From assembly GCA_038087875.1 (NCBI GenBank), contig CM075990.1:3102001-3166000 (forward strand): a stretch of 64,000 bases of DNA, read 5' to 3'. The notes under the pieces are model-generated. The model was not told where the DNA came from, did no database searches, and worked only from the letters and a program-made list of their open reading frames with translations. The translations under genes were made by a program, and so were the position numbers. This document shows, piece after piece, positions 38,112-49,674 of this stretch. This stretch comes from Malacoraja senta. Its lineage: Eukaryota. Numbering within the stretch: position 1 is the first letter of the stretch; each line of letters opens with the position of its first letter.

Positions 38112-38720
38112 ACATGTTGAAAAATGCCCGCGAGTAAAAAAAGGTCGCCATGGAAAAAAATCGATACTTTTTTTACTCGTAGGTTTCGTCGAAGTAGGTC
38201 GTAGTAGGTCGGCATGTTATTCGTAGGTAATCGAGGGTAGTCGAAGGTAGTCGTAGATAGTCTTCAACATAGTCGAAGGGAGGTCGAAGGAGATCGAAGG
38301 AGGTCGTCTTCACTCTCCACTATTCGGTGTCCAATTTTCCCGAAGGTAGTCGTAGATAGTCTTCAACATAGTCGAGGGAGGTTTTCCAGATGTAATGTTT
38401 CCAACATATTTGATGTCCACATTTTTATTGTTGGTGTGGGCGCATTTTTCCAGAATTTAAGTATGAGCTTTTTTCCCATTGTTAGCCCGTAATTGAATAA
38501 GTTCTTCTGATACACGTTTAATTCAGGGATACCAAAAATGATCCATGCTGGTTTTGGTACCAGTTTTATTTTAATTAATTTTGAGAAAATATCAAATATT
38601 TCAGCTAGTCGTAGATAGTCTTCAACATAGTCGAAGGAGGTTTTCAACGTGACATTTTCTCAAACTCTCCTAAACTCTTCTAAACTCGCCAATTAGGTCG
38701 CCACAATGGGACAGCCCCTT
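38112..38720. mobile_element. PIF/Harbinger-like MITE remnant (one TIR) carrying an L1 fragment
   Basis: Ends GGGACAGCCCCTT, related to the TIR at 59683-60012; GTCGAAGG/GTCGTAG internal repeats. Confidence 0.65.
38387..38605 (-). mobile_element. L1 ORF2 C-terminal fragment
   Basis: IFDIFSKLIKIKLVPKPAWIIFG...GKKLILKFWKNAPTPTIKMW. Confidence 0.75.
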
Positions 38721-38921
38721 TGGTATAATCTAACGTAGGCAACATTCTAGTAAACCTCTTCAGCACTCTCTCCAAAGCCTCCACATGCTTCCTGTAATGG
38801 ACTCACTAGAACTACACACAACCCTACAAATGTAACCTAACCAAAGTCCCCTAAAGCTGCAGCATGACCTCCTGACACATAAGCCCCAACTAATGAAAGC
38901 AAGCAATGCCTTCTTATCAAC

Positions 38922-39615
38922 GTCATAGAGTCATACAGCATGGAAACAGGCCCTTTTAGCCCAACTTGTCCATACACCAAGATACCACATCTACATTAGT
39001 CCCATCTGCCCACATTTGGTCCATATCCCTCGAAACCTTTCCTATCCATGTACCTCTTCAAATGTCATTTAAATGTTGTTATAGAAGCTGCCGCAAGTAC
39101 ATCTTCTGGCAATGCTTTCCAAATACCCACCACCCTCTGTGTGAAAAAGTTGCCCCTCAGGTTCCTATTAAATCTTTCCCTTCTCACCTTACACCTATGT
39201 CCTCTGGTTCTTGATTCCCCCACTCTGGGCAAGAGACTCTGTGCATCTACCCGATCCATTCCCCAAATGATTTTATGCACCTTTCTAAGATCACCCTCAT
39301 CCCCCTGTGCTCCAAGGAATAAAATCCTAACCTGCCAGCCTCTTCCTATAGCTCAGGCCTTCAAGTCCTGGCAACATCCTTAGAAATCTTCTCTGCATCC
39401 TTTCCAGCTTTGCAACATATTTCCTATAACAGGATGACCAAAACTGAACACCATACTCCAAATGTGGCCTCATCAATGTTTTGTACAACTTTAACGTAAC
39501 ACCCCAACTTCTATACCCAATACCCTGACTGATGAAGGCCAATGTGCCAAAAGCCTTCTTGACCACTTTATCAACCTGTGACACCACTTCCAAGGAACTA
39601 TGTACCCATTGTCCA
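38922..39615 (-). mobile_element. CR1 3' fragment
   Basis: VKKAFGTLAFI...LYKTLMRPHLEYGVQFWS...LERMQRRF. Confidence 0.9.
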
Positions 39616-40480
39616 AAGTAGATCTATCTTTTCCCCCATTAACGTCTTGGTCCTGATACATATAAAATGCTGCAGCTATGGGTGGCAAATAATTAGATAT
39701 CTATTTATTTGTGTGAGATCTACTTGAAGAAACTGGATTGATTGTAGGGTGAGGAAATTGGTAATTTGGTTAACCCTTTAATCTAAATGGGCTGAAGTTT
39801 AAATTCCACCAAGGCATGTGACCAATCAAGCCTCATTTGTCATCGTTGATGTGAGATGTCCAATTAAACTCTTTGTGACCTCAGACTAAATAATGAGATA
39901 ATCAATGGCAGAGTGCTTTAGCCAACCCTTTCCTTGCTTATCATTAGCTTTAAAAGACATAGACAGAGAAATTCTCCATTCTCAGTAAACTCACCCAATT
40001 CACCTTCCACCTATCTCCACTTAGGGTATATTACAGTGGCTGATTAACCTAACAACCCACACATAGTTTAGTTTCGTTTTGTTTAGTTTTGTCTGGTCTC
40101 GGCCCGAAATGTCACCTAAGGCAGCAACTCTACCGTTGCACCACCATGCCGCCCCGCTGGAAACTATTCCAAGCATTCTCTCCACATCCACTCCATCCAC
40201 TCCTTTCATTGTTCTGTAGGTTTCAATGAGATCCCCCTTGTTTCCATTCCATTCTGTGGGTTGGTGGTAGCGAATGAAACTAATGTGACACCAAACGTGA
40301 CATAAATGGAGCTGGGAGTGCTTGACAGGGCAGGCGGTTGAGTAGTTTGGAATAGTTCCTTTCTACAGTCATTTTCACTGCTTGCTACTGAATAAGACTC
40401 TTATTCCTCCTCAGATTCTCTTGTTTTGTTTAGTGATACAGCGTGGAAACAGGCCCTTCAGCCAATGAGTCCATGCCGAT

Positions 40481-41496
40481 TATAATGGCAGTTCTCAAGA
40501 TCAATAGACAATGAACAATAGGTGCAGGAGTAGGCCATTTGGCCCTTCGTGCCAGCACCGCCATTCAATGTGATCATGGCTGATCATCCCCAATCAGTAC
40601 CCCGTTCCTGCCTTCTCCCCATATCCCCTGACTCCGCCATCTTTAAGAGCCCTATCTAGCCCTCTCTTGAAAGTATCCAGAGAACCGGCTTCCACCGCCC
40701 TCTGAGGCAGAGAATTCCACAGACTCACAACTCTCTGTGAGAAAAAGTGTTTCCTCGTCTCCGTTCTAAATCGGCTTACCCCTTATTCTTAAACCGTGGC
40801 CCTGGTTCTGGACTCCCCCAACATCGGGAGCATGTTTCCTGCCTCTAGCGTGTCCAAACCCTTAACAATCTTATATGTTTCAATGAGATTCCCTCTCATC
40901 CTTCTAAACTCCAGAGTGTACAAGCCAGCTGCTCCATTCTCTCAGCATATGACAGTCCCGCCATCCAGGAATTAACCTTGTAAACCTACGCTGCACTCCC
41001 TCAATAGCAAGAATGTCCTTCCTCAAATTAGGGGACCAAAACTAGGTCCAACCTTGATAGTAATAACCTCACTTGGGATGTAGTGGAGATATAGTTCACC
41101 TACTCACCGAGTTCTGGAGATAGTAAGAATAAATCTTCCAGTCGTTGAATCTTGATTAATTGGTTTTATTGAAGTAATAGAAAACAATGATAGTCTATAA
41201 CTCCGTTCTTCATAGCTGTTCCATTCATATCATTAACTTGCTCTAAGCCCGTAATCATGTCCATGACATAGCTCTTGGCTCATCTCATGGCTCATCTCAT
41301 GGTGAAAACTGTTATTCATACAATCCCATGAGGTAAACTGAAACTAAATTAACAAGCCTGTGCTTGCCTCTTCAGATATAGATACACCCCTCTACATATT
41401 AAATACCACACAAAAATACATTCAGATAAAGACTAAAATATTATAAATGTTAGACATGGCTATAATATACTGACTTAACCTTAATGGCTCCTATAA
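40481..41496 (-). mobile_element. Possible solo LTR inserted in a SINE, itself interrupted by CR1 (40502-41043)
   Basis: 4-bp duplication CGAT (40477-40480 / 41497-41500); degenerate TG..CA-like ends; minus-strand AATAAA near 41165. Confidence 0.4.
40502..41043 (-). mobile_element. CR1 3' fragment (young subfamily)
   Basis: Near-identical to 51941-52520. Confidence 0.9.
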
Positions 41497-41769
41497 CGAT
41501 CATTGATCACCCCGTACACTAGTTCGATCCTACAAGGGACAATTTACAGAAGCCAATTAGCCTACAAACTTGCACGTCTTTGAATTTGAACCAGAGCACA
41601 AGCACCACGTGGTCTCAGAGAGAACGTACAAACTCCATACAGACAGCACCCATAGTCAAGATCGAACCTGGGTCTCTGGGGTTGTAAGGTAGCAACTCGA
41701 CCACTGCCCTCGATACATATGACAATAAAACACTCTTGACTTTATAATATCCAGTGTCTTCCTGATACA

Positions 41770-42072
41770 ATGGGAGAGTCTAGGACTAGAGGTCACAGCC
41801 TCAGAGTTAAAGGATGTTCCTTTAAGAAGATGAGGAGGAATTTCTTTAGTTAGAGGGTGGTGAATCTGTGGAATTCTCTGCCACAGAAGGCCGTCAATGG
41901 ATATTTTTAAGGCAGAAATAGATAGATTCTTGATTAGTACGGATGTCAAGGGTTATGGGGAGGGCGGAGAATGGGGTTAGGAGGGAGCGATAGATCAGCC
42001 ATGATTGAATGGAGGAGTAGACTTGATGGGCCGAATGGCCTAATTCTGCTCCTATCCTCTATGAGCTTATGC
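41770..42072 (+). mobile_element. CR1 3' fragment
   Basis: GGAGAGTCTAGGACTAGAGGTCACAGCCTCAG...GCCTAATTCTGCTCCTAT. Confidence 0.85.
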
Positions 42073-42180
42073 ACTATCGAGTTCTAAAAATCGCAAATAT
42101 AACATGGACTTCGCCCGACAACCAGGACTGGGTTGTGTCCACTGTCTAGACATTTGGTCCATGACCAACAGAATTCAACC

Positions 42181-42481
42181 TTGTAGATTTCACCCAGGTA
42201 GATTTCACCCTGGTAGATTTCACCCTTGTAGATTTTCACCCTTGTAGATTTCACCCTAGTAGATTTCACCTAGTAGATTTCACCCTAGTAGATTTCACCC
42301 TAGTAGATTTCACCCTTGTAGATTTCACCCTAGTAGATTTCACCCTTGTAGATTTCACCCTTGTAGATTTCACCCTTGTAGATTTCACCCTTGTAGATTT
42401 CACCCTTTGTAGATTTCACCCTTGTAGATTTCACCCTAGTAGATTTCAATCTAGTAGATTTCAATCTAGTAGATTTCAACC
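42181..42481. repeat. 15-bp minisatellite T(T/A)GTAGATTTCACCC, about 20 copies
   Basis: Direct reading. Confidence 0.95.
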
Positions 42482-42484
42482 TGA

Positions 42485-43028
42485 GATAGTGTTTTAAGGT
42501 GAGGGGGAAAGATTTAACAGGAACCTGATTGGTATCTTTTTTACACAAAGGGTGGAGGGTGTATGGAACGAGCTGCCAAAGGGGGTAGTTGAGACAGGTA
42601 CTATCAGAACATTTAAGAAAAATATAGACAGGTACATGGACAGGGCAGGTGTAAAGGGATATGGGCCAAACACAGGCAGGTGGGTCTAGTGTGGATGGGA
42701 CATGTTGGTCGGTGTGGGCAAATTGGGCCGGTGTGCCTGTTTCCACGCTGTATGACTCTAGTGACCTCCGAATTGGATTTGAACATCACTTCTTGAGGTC
42801 TCCATTCTACAGGCAGTGGTGGAGTTGCTGCCTTACAGCACCAGAGACCCAGGTTCAAACCTGACTATGGGTGCTGTCTGTACGGAGTTTGCACGTTCTC
42901 CCTGTGACTGCGTGGGTTTTCTCCGGGTGCTCCGGTTTCCTCCCACACTCCAAAGACAAATGCAGATTTGTAGGTTAATTGGGTTCTGTAAATTCCCCCT
43001 AGTGTGTGGAACAGAGAACTAGTGTGGT
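42485..43028 (+). mobile_element. CR1 3' end (42485-42765) and HE1-like SINE (42812-43028)
   Basis: Standard motifs. Confidence 0.82.
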
Positions 43029-43398
43029 TACACAAAAATGCTGGAGAAACTCAGCGGGTGCAGCAGCATCTATGGAGCGAAGGAAATAGGTAACGTTTCG
43101 GGCCGAAACCCTTCTTCAGATAGGGGGTGGGGAGAAGAAAGGAAAAAAGGACAAAGGCGGAGGAGGAGCCCGAGGGCTGGGGGAGAGGAGGAGACAACCA
43201 GATGGCTGATGAAGGGGAGGGGACAGCAAGGGCTAGCAGAATTGGGAGAATTCAATGTTGAGGCCCCAGGATGTAGACTGCCCAAGCGGAAGGCCCCCAG
43301 GATGTAGACTGCCCAAGCGGACGGCCCCCAGGATGTAGACTGCCCAAGCGGAGGCCCCCAGGATGTAGACTGCCCAAGCGGAGGCCCCCAGGATGTAG
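43028..43398 (-). mobile_element. Penelope 3' end running into a 30-bp tandem repeat
   Basis: Hammerhead motif at 43092-43119; unit GAGGCCCCCAGGATGTAGACTGCCCAAGCG, about 4.5 copies at 43260-43398. Confidence 0.88.
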
Positions 43399-43598
43399 NN
43401 NNNNNNNNNNNNNNNNNNNNNNNNNNNNNNNNNNNNNNNNNNNNNNNNNNNNNNNNNNNNNNNNNNNNNNNNNNNNNNNNNNNNNNNNNNNNNNNNNNNN
43501 NNNNNNNNNNNNNNNNNNNNNNNNNNNNNNNNNNNNNNNNNNNNNNNNNNNNNNNNNNNNNNNNNNNNNNNNNNNNNNNNNNNNNNNNNNNNNNNNNN
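43399..43598. other. Assembly gap (200 N)
   Basis: Run of N. Confidence 1.
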
Positions 43599-43932
43599 TA
43601 ACACCCCAGCGGTATGAATTGATTTCTCTAACTTCAAGTAACCCTTGTTTTCCCTCTCTCTCCATCTCTCCCCCATTCTAGTTCTCCCATTAAATGTTAC
43701 ATTGTTCGCCTTGTTGTAACCTTCCCCAGCTAACAATGATCTATTCTACATTTTTCTTGGACCTTCGCCCCCTTTGATCTTTAGTTTTCAACCCTTACCC
43801 GTCCATATCTCTCATTCCCCGTTTTGCTCACTCTCAGTCTGAAGAAGGGTCTCGACCTAAAACGTCACCCATTCCTTCTGTCCAGAGATGCTGCCTGTCC
43901 CACTGATTTGCTCCAGCATTTTGTGTCTATCC
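43599..43932 (+). mobile_element. Penelope 3' end
   Basis: CACCCCAGCGGTATGAA...CTGAAGAAGGGTCTCGACC terminal repeat. Confidence 0.85.
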
Positions 43933-44204
43933 TAGAAGAATGGGCCATTCGGTGACCACTTGTAACTTAACCAGAAACATGGGCACTGTTGTGTACTGCC
44001 GAGGTACATAAGTTCATAGGTTCCATGAGCAGAATTAGGCCATTCGGCCCATCGAGTCTACTCTGCCTTTTAATCATGGCTGATCCATCTTTCCCTCTCA
44101 AATCCATTCTCTTGCTCTCCCCGCATGCTCTGACACCCTCACTAATACAAGTTGCTGTAAGGTTTTACCGGGTTGTATGCAAAAACACAGCATTTCACTG
44201 TACC

Positions 44205-44597
44205 TAGGTGAGGGGTGATCTTATAGAGGTGTATAGAATCATGGGAGGAATAGATCGGGTAGATCCACACTCTTGCCCAGAGTACGGGAATTGAGGACCA
44301 GAGGATATGCTTAAGGTGAGCGGGGGGGGGGGGGAGATTTAATAGGAATCTGAGGGGTAACTTTTTCACACAGAGGGTGGTGGGTGTATGGAACAAGCTG
44401 CCACAGGAGGTAGTTGAGGCAGGGACTATCCCAACATTTAAGAAACAGTTAGACAGGTACATGGATAGGACAGGTATGGAGGGATATGGGCCAAACGCAG
44501 GCAGGTGGGATGAGTGTAGATGGGACATGTTGGCTGGTGAGGGCAAGTTAGGCAAATAAAAGCCTGTTTCCATGCTGTATCACTCTATGACTCTCTA
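44205..44597 (+). mobile_element. CR1 3' fragment
   Basis: VVGVWNKLPQEVVEAGTIPTFKKQLDRYMDR. Confidence 0.88.
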
Positions 44598-44967
44598 CAT
44601 GACATTAAATTATCATTGAATCATTGAATCTTTGAATCATTGGATGAAGAGTGTACTTGGACTATCTCTACAGAAGATCACTTCAGGGCCAAAGGTGGTG
44701 GAGTAGTTAGCTCAGACATTCCGAAGTGTGAATGGGCCTTTGGCCTTGGAAACCATGAGCTAACAATCCGTGTGACTCATCCTAACGTTCTGGTCTGCGT
44801 TTGCAAAATGCCCTCTGCCTGCAGTTGATGAGTGCAAACTGTTTAGTGAGCAAACAGCCTGGAACCTTATCAACTGTAAATAATCAGACATTGTAAAAAG
44901 CAGAGGTTCTAGTGACAATTCAGTGTCAAGACTTAAGAGTGAAGTGTTAAGTGTTTAATTGCCATAT

Positions 44968-45268
44968 AGTTTAGTTTGGAGATACAGCGCGGAAACAAGC
45001 CCTTCCTCCCACCGAGTCCACGCCGACCAGCGATCCCCGCACACAAACACTATCCTACAAACACTACGGTCAATTTACAATCATACCAAGCCAATGAACC
45101 TGCAAAACTGAACGTCTTTGGAGTGTGGGAGGTAACCGGAGCACCCGGAGAAAACCCACGCAAGTCACAGGGAGAACGTACAAACTCCATACTGACAGCA
45201 ACCGCCATTAGGTTCGAACCCGGGTCTCTGGCGCTGTAAAGCAGCATCTCTACCGCTGCGCCACCCTG
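44968..45268 (-). mobile_element. HE1-like V-SINE
   Basis: Head, core and tail motifs. Confidence 0.87.
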
Positions 45269-45703
45269 CAGTATCAACTGCAAATAGTCTGACTGTAGAT
45301 ATTATAGAAAGCCGAGTCTCCTGCAACAAATGTGTGACAAGTCTCAAGAGTGAAGAGTCAAGAGTGTTTAATTGTCATATGTAGTTGAACAGTTGAACAA
45401 TTAATTTTTAGTTTAGTTTTAGTTTATTGCCACGTGTTCTGTGGTACGGTACTAGTTGAACCATGGCTTAAATCTCAAGTACTTTAGGTGTTTTGCTACT
45501 TGCTGCAGTTAGTTCAGTTTATTTTATAGTCACTTGTACCGAAGTACATTGAAAGGCTCTTTTGTTGCGGGCTAACCAGTCAACAGAAAGACAATACATG
45601 ATTACAATCGAGCTGTCCACTGTATACACAGTATACAGTTTACAAGGTAATGGTAAAAGTTTGATTAAAGATAGTCCGAGGGTCTCCAATGAGGTAGATG
45701 ATG

Positions 45704-46798
45704 GCAGACAAAAATGCTGGAGAAACTCAGCGGGTGCAGCAGCATCTATGGAGCGAAGGAAATAGGCAACGTTTCGGGCCGAAACCCTTCTTCAGACTGA
45801 TGTAGGGTGGGGGGGGGGGGGCGGGGAGAAGAAAGGAGAAAGGAAGAGGAGGAGCCAGAGGGCTGAGGGAGAGCTGAGAAGGGGAGGAGACAGCAAAGGC
45901 TACCGGAAATTGGAGGTCAATGTTCATGCCGCTAGGGTGCAGACTGCCCAAGCGGAATATGAGGTGCTGCTCCTCCAATTTCCGGTGGTGCTCACTCTGG
46001 CCATGGAGGAGGCCCAGGACAGAGAGGTCGGATTCGGAATGGGAGGGGGAGTTGAAGTGCTGAGCCACCGGGAGATCAGGTTGGTTAATGCGGACCGCGC
46101 GGAGGTGTTCGGCGAAACGATCGCCAAGCCTACGCTTGGTCTCACCGATGTAGATCAGCTGACATCTAGAGCAGCGGATGCAATAGATGAGGTTGGAGGA
46201 GATGCAGGTGAACCTCTGTCGCACCTGGAACGACTGCTTGGGTCCTTGAATTGAGTGGAGGGGGGAAGGTAAAGCGACAAGTGTAGCATCTGCTGCGGTT
46301 GCAACGGAAAGTGCCCGGGGAGGGGGTGGTGCGGGAGGGAAGGGAAGAATTGACAAGGGAGTTACGGAAGGAGCGGTCTTTGCGGAAAGCAGACATGGGG
46401 GGAGATAGGAAGATGTGGCGAGTGGAGGGGTCACGTTGGAGGTGGCGAAAATGACGGAGGATCACTTGTTGTATGTGACGGCTGGTGGGGTGAAAGGTGA
46501 GGACTAGGGGGACTCTGCCCTTGTTACGAGTGGGGGGATGGGGAGAGAGAGCAGTGTTATGGGGTATTGAAGAGACCCTGGTGAGAGCCTCATCTATAGT
46601 AGGGGAGGGGAACCCCCGTTCCCTGAAAAATGAGGACATTTCTGATGCCCTGGTGTGGAACACCTCATCCTGGGAGCAGGTGCGGCATAGACGGAGGAAT
46701 TGGGAGTACGGAATGGAGTCCTTACAGGAAGCAGGGTGGGAAGAAGTGTAGTCTAGATAGCCATGGGAGTCAGTGGGCTTATAGTGGATGTCGGTCAG
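45704..46798 (-). mobile_element. Penelope-like element (young), RT thumb, GIY-YIG and terminal repeat, inserted in a Rex1 3' end (45510-45703, 46800-47055)
   Basis: TDIHYKPTDSHGYLDYTSSHPASCKDSIPYSQFLRL...; NLIYCIRCSRCQLIYIGETKRRLGDRFAEH...EEQHLIFRLGSLHPSGMNI. Confidence 0.93.
45768..45795 (-). ncRNA. Minimal hammerhead ribozyme motif (Penelope terminal repeat)
   Basis: Reverse complement CTGAAGA-A-GGGTT-TC-GGCCC-GAAAC-GTT. Confidence 0.65.
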
Positions 46799-47338
46799 AT
46801 GATGGCTCAGGACCGCTCTCGAGTTGGTAATAGGATGGTTCAGTTGCCTGACAACAGCTGGGAAGAAACTGGAGGTGTGCGTTTTCAAATTTGTGTACCT
46901 CTTGCCTGATGGGAGAGGGGAGAAGAAGGAGTGAGACTGGTCCTTGATTATGCTGGTGGCCTTGCCGAGGCAGCGTGAAGTGCATATGGAGTCAATGGAA
47001 GGGAGGTTGGTTTGCGTGATGGTCTGAGCTACGTCCACAATTCTCTGCAATTTCTTTCAGGCTTCTTTACTTGCAGCAGCTCAGCAGGCCCATAAAAAAA
47101 CAATACACGCTGATAAATATATTAATAAAAAAATAAATTAATTAATCACCATAATCCGAGTGCAAAAAAACTGTCTGTGGCGCAACCAAAGAGAAGCCAA
47201 AGAACATGGTGGTTACTGAAGTCAGTGTTCACGAGTGTGATGGGTGATGGGAAGAAGCTGTTTATGTTTAGAGATACGTGGAAACAGGCCCTTCGGCCCT
47301 TCGAGACCGCCCACTCCTGATCACCTGTACACTAGTGT

Positions 47339-47612
47339 ACACCCCCTCCATGACACACTGGTCAACCTGAGGAGCACCTTCAGCAACAGACAGGTTCCAC
47401 CAAGATGCAGCACAGAACGCCACAGGAGATCCTTCATCCCTGTGGCCATCAAACTGTACAACTCCCCCTGATTGGGGAGAATGACGCCCCCCCCCCCTCC
47501 CCTCCCCAATCTTTGCACATCCCCAATCCTTTCCACTCATCACTTTAATTTCATGTTTCATGTATTTTGTGTTTTAGGACTGTTGGTGGATCAATTTCCC
47601 TCCTGGGATAAA
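47339..47612 (+). mobile_element. Rex1-type 3' end (different subfamily) between SINE pieces (47265-47338, 47615-47845, minus)
   Basis: HPLHDTLVNLRSTFSNR...RHRRSFIPVAIKLYNS. Confidence 0.78.
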
Positions 47613-48259
47613 TTTGGTCCATTGGGTCTGTCCGCGTTGACCGACGATCACCCGTTTCCGATCTGACACACTCGGGACAATTTACAAACCTGCACGCCTT
47701 TGGAATGTGGAAGGGAATCGGAGCTCCCACATGGTCACAGGGAGAATGTGCAAACTCTGTACAGACAGCACCCGTGGCCAGGATCGAACCAGGCTCTCTG
47801 GTGCTGTAAGGCAGCAACTCTACCGCTGCGCCACTGTGCCGCCCATGGTCTCCAGAGATGCTGCCTAATGTAGTGTTTGCCTTTATCTCAAATTATTATA
47901 TTCAATTTCCTAACCTGCCATAGGAGAGATTCAAATGTAGACTTTCTCAATGCTAATTAAGTATCAAATCTACTTGGCTTCTGTAGTCTGAACTCTTACA
48001 ATCACTCCTGAGGCATAAGGTTTAAATAATTAAAAGTCTAAACAGATGGAAGATACAGATTGATACATTTTATTTCTTTTTTCACATGAATTATTATTGG
48101 TACCATTCAAAACTGTATTCATAGTTGAAACCGATGCAGGAGCATTCGTGGAAATATAAGGCACGGCATTAATATTAATTCCTGTGCCTAATACCGATAA
48201 TGATACATGGATTGGAAATGCTAATTGGAAGCTTATTCACCAGGCGAACACTTAGCACA

Positions 48260-48568
48260 GGCGGCTTCGGTGGTGCAGGGGTAGAGTTGCTGCCTTACCG
48301 CGCCAGAGACCCGGGTTCGATCCCGACCATGGGTGCTGTCTGTACGGAGTTTGTACGTTCTCCCCGTGACTGCGTGGGTTTTCTCCGAGATCTTCGGTTT
48401 CCTCCCAGACACTCCAAAGACGTACAGGTTTGTTGGTTAATTGGCTTGGTAAATGTAAAAATTGTCCCTAGTGTGTGTAGGATAGTGTTAGTGTGCGGGG
48501 ATCGCTGGTCGGTGCAGATTCAGTGGACCGATGGGGCCTGATCCGTGCTGTATCTCTAAACTAAAAAT
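48260..48568 (+). mobile_element. HE1-like V-SINE
   Basis: Head, core and tail motifs. Confidence 0.88.
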
Positions 48569-48764
48569 AATCTTTGTCCTGTCTCTCCTCCCTCCCAGGT
48601 TTCTCCTAAATCCCCCACCTCCCCAACTACAATCAGTCTGAAGAAGGGTCCCGACCCCAATTGCCACTTATCCATGTTCTCCAGAGATGCTGCCTGACAC
48701 ATTGAGTTACTACTTTATTTGTAAACCAGGTTCTGCCATTGCTTGTATCCACAATCTTTGCTCT

Positions 48765-49515
48765 CAGTCTGCCTGCGTTTGGTCCATATCCCTCTAAACC
48801 TGTCCTATCCATGCATCTGTCTAATTCTTTCTTAAACATTGGGATAGTCCCTGCCTCAACTACCTCCTCTGGCAGCTCGTTCCATACACCCACCACCCTT
48901 TGTATGAAAAAGTTACCCTTTCAATTCCAATTAAATCTTTCTCCCCTTCACCTTAAACCTAGGTCCTCTAGTTTTTGATTCCCCTTCTCTGGGCAAGAGA
49001 CTCTGTGCATCTTCATGATCTATTCCTCTCATGATTTTGTACACCTCTATAAGATCACCCCTCATCCTCCTGCACTCCAAGGAATAGAGTCCCAGCTTCT
49101 TCAACCTCTCCCTTTAGCTCAGACCCTCAAGTCCTGGCAACATCCTTGTAAATCCTTTCTGCACCCTTTCCAACTTGACAGTCAAAGGCAGCACGGTGAC
49201 TCAGTGGTAGAGTTGCTGCCTCACAACACCAGGGACCCGGCTTCAATCCAAACTGCGGGTGCTGTCTGTCCGGAGTTTGCATGTTCTCCCCTTGACCTGC
49301 GTGGGTTTTCTCTGAGATCTTCCGTTTCCTCCCACACTCCAAAGACGTACAGGTTTGTAGGTTAATTAGCTTGGTATAAATGTAGAAATGATTCCTCGTG
49401 TGTGTAGGATAGTGCAGGGGTGGGGATCGCTGGTCGGCCCGGACGCGATGGGTCGAAGGGCCTGTTTACACGCTGTATCTCTAAACTAAACTAAACTAAA
49501 CATCTTTCCTATAAC
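48765..49515 (-). mobile_element. CR1 fragment with a nested plus-strand SINE (49186-49502)
   Basis: VGVWNELPEEVVEAGTI; CR1 resumes at CATCTTTCCTATAAC. Confidence 0.85.
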
Positions 49516-49674
49516 TTCTCTCTCATGCCCAGTATTTTCTTTGTAATATTTTTAAAGATTCGCTTGACTTGGGAACATGCCTGAAGTCTAAGGTCAGCCA
49601 GCAGCCATCCAACGCGGGCATGTTGACAGGTCTCGTTGCTTTGCGTAATTCCCACCTGAAGCCAAGTAACCGGG

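Noticed and set aside
42181..42481. CRISPR-like array
   Set aside because: Head-to-tail 15-bp units with no unique spacers, no cas genes, and a vertebrate context.
45727..47050. Intact 235-aa and 294-aa genes
   Set aside because: Frameshifted Penelope ORF; the 294-aa ORF is a chance Rex1-Penelope chimera across an insertion junction.
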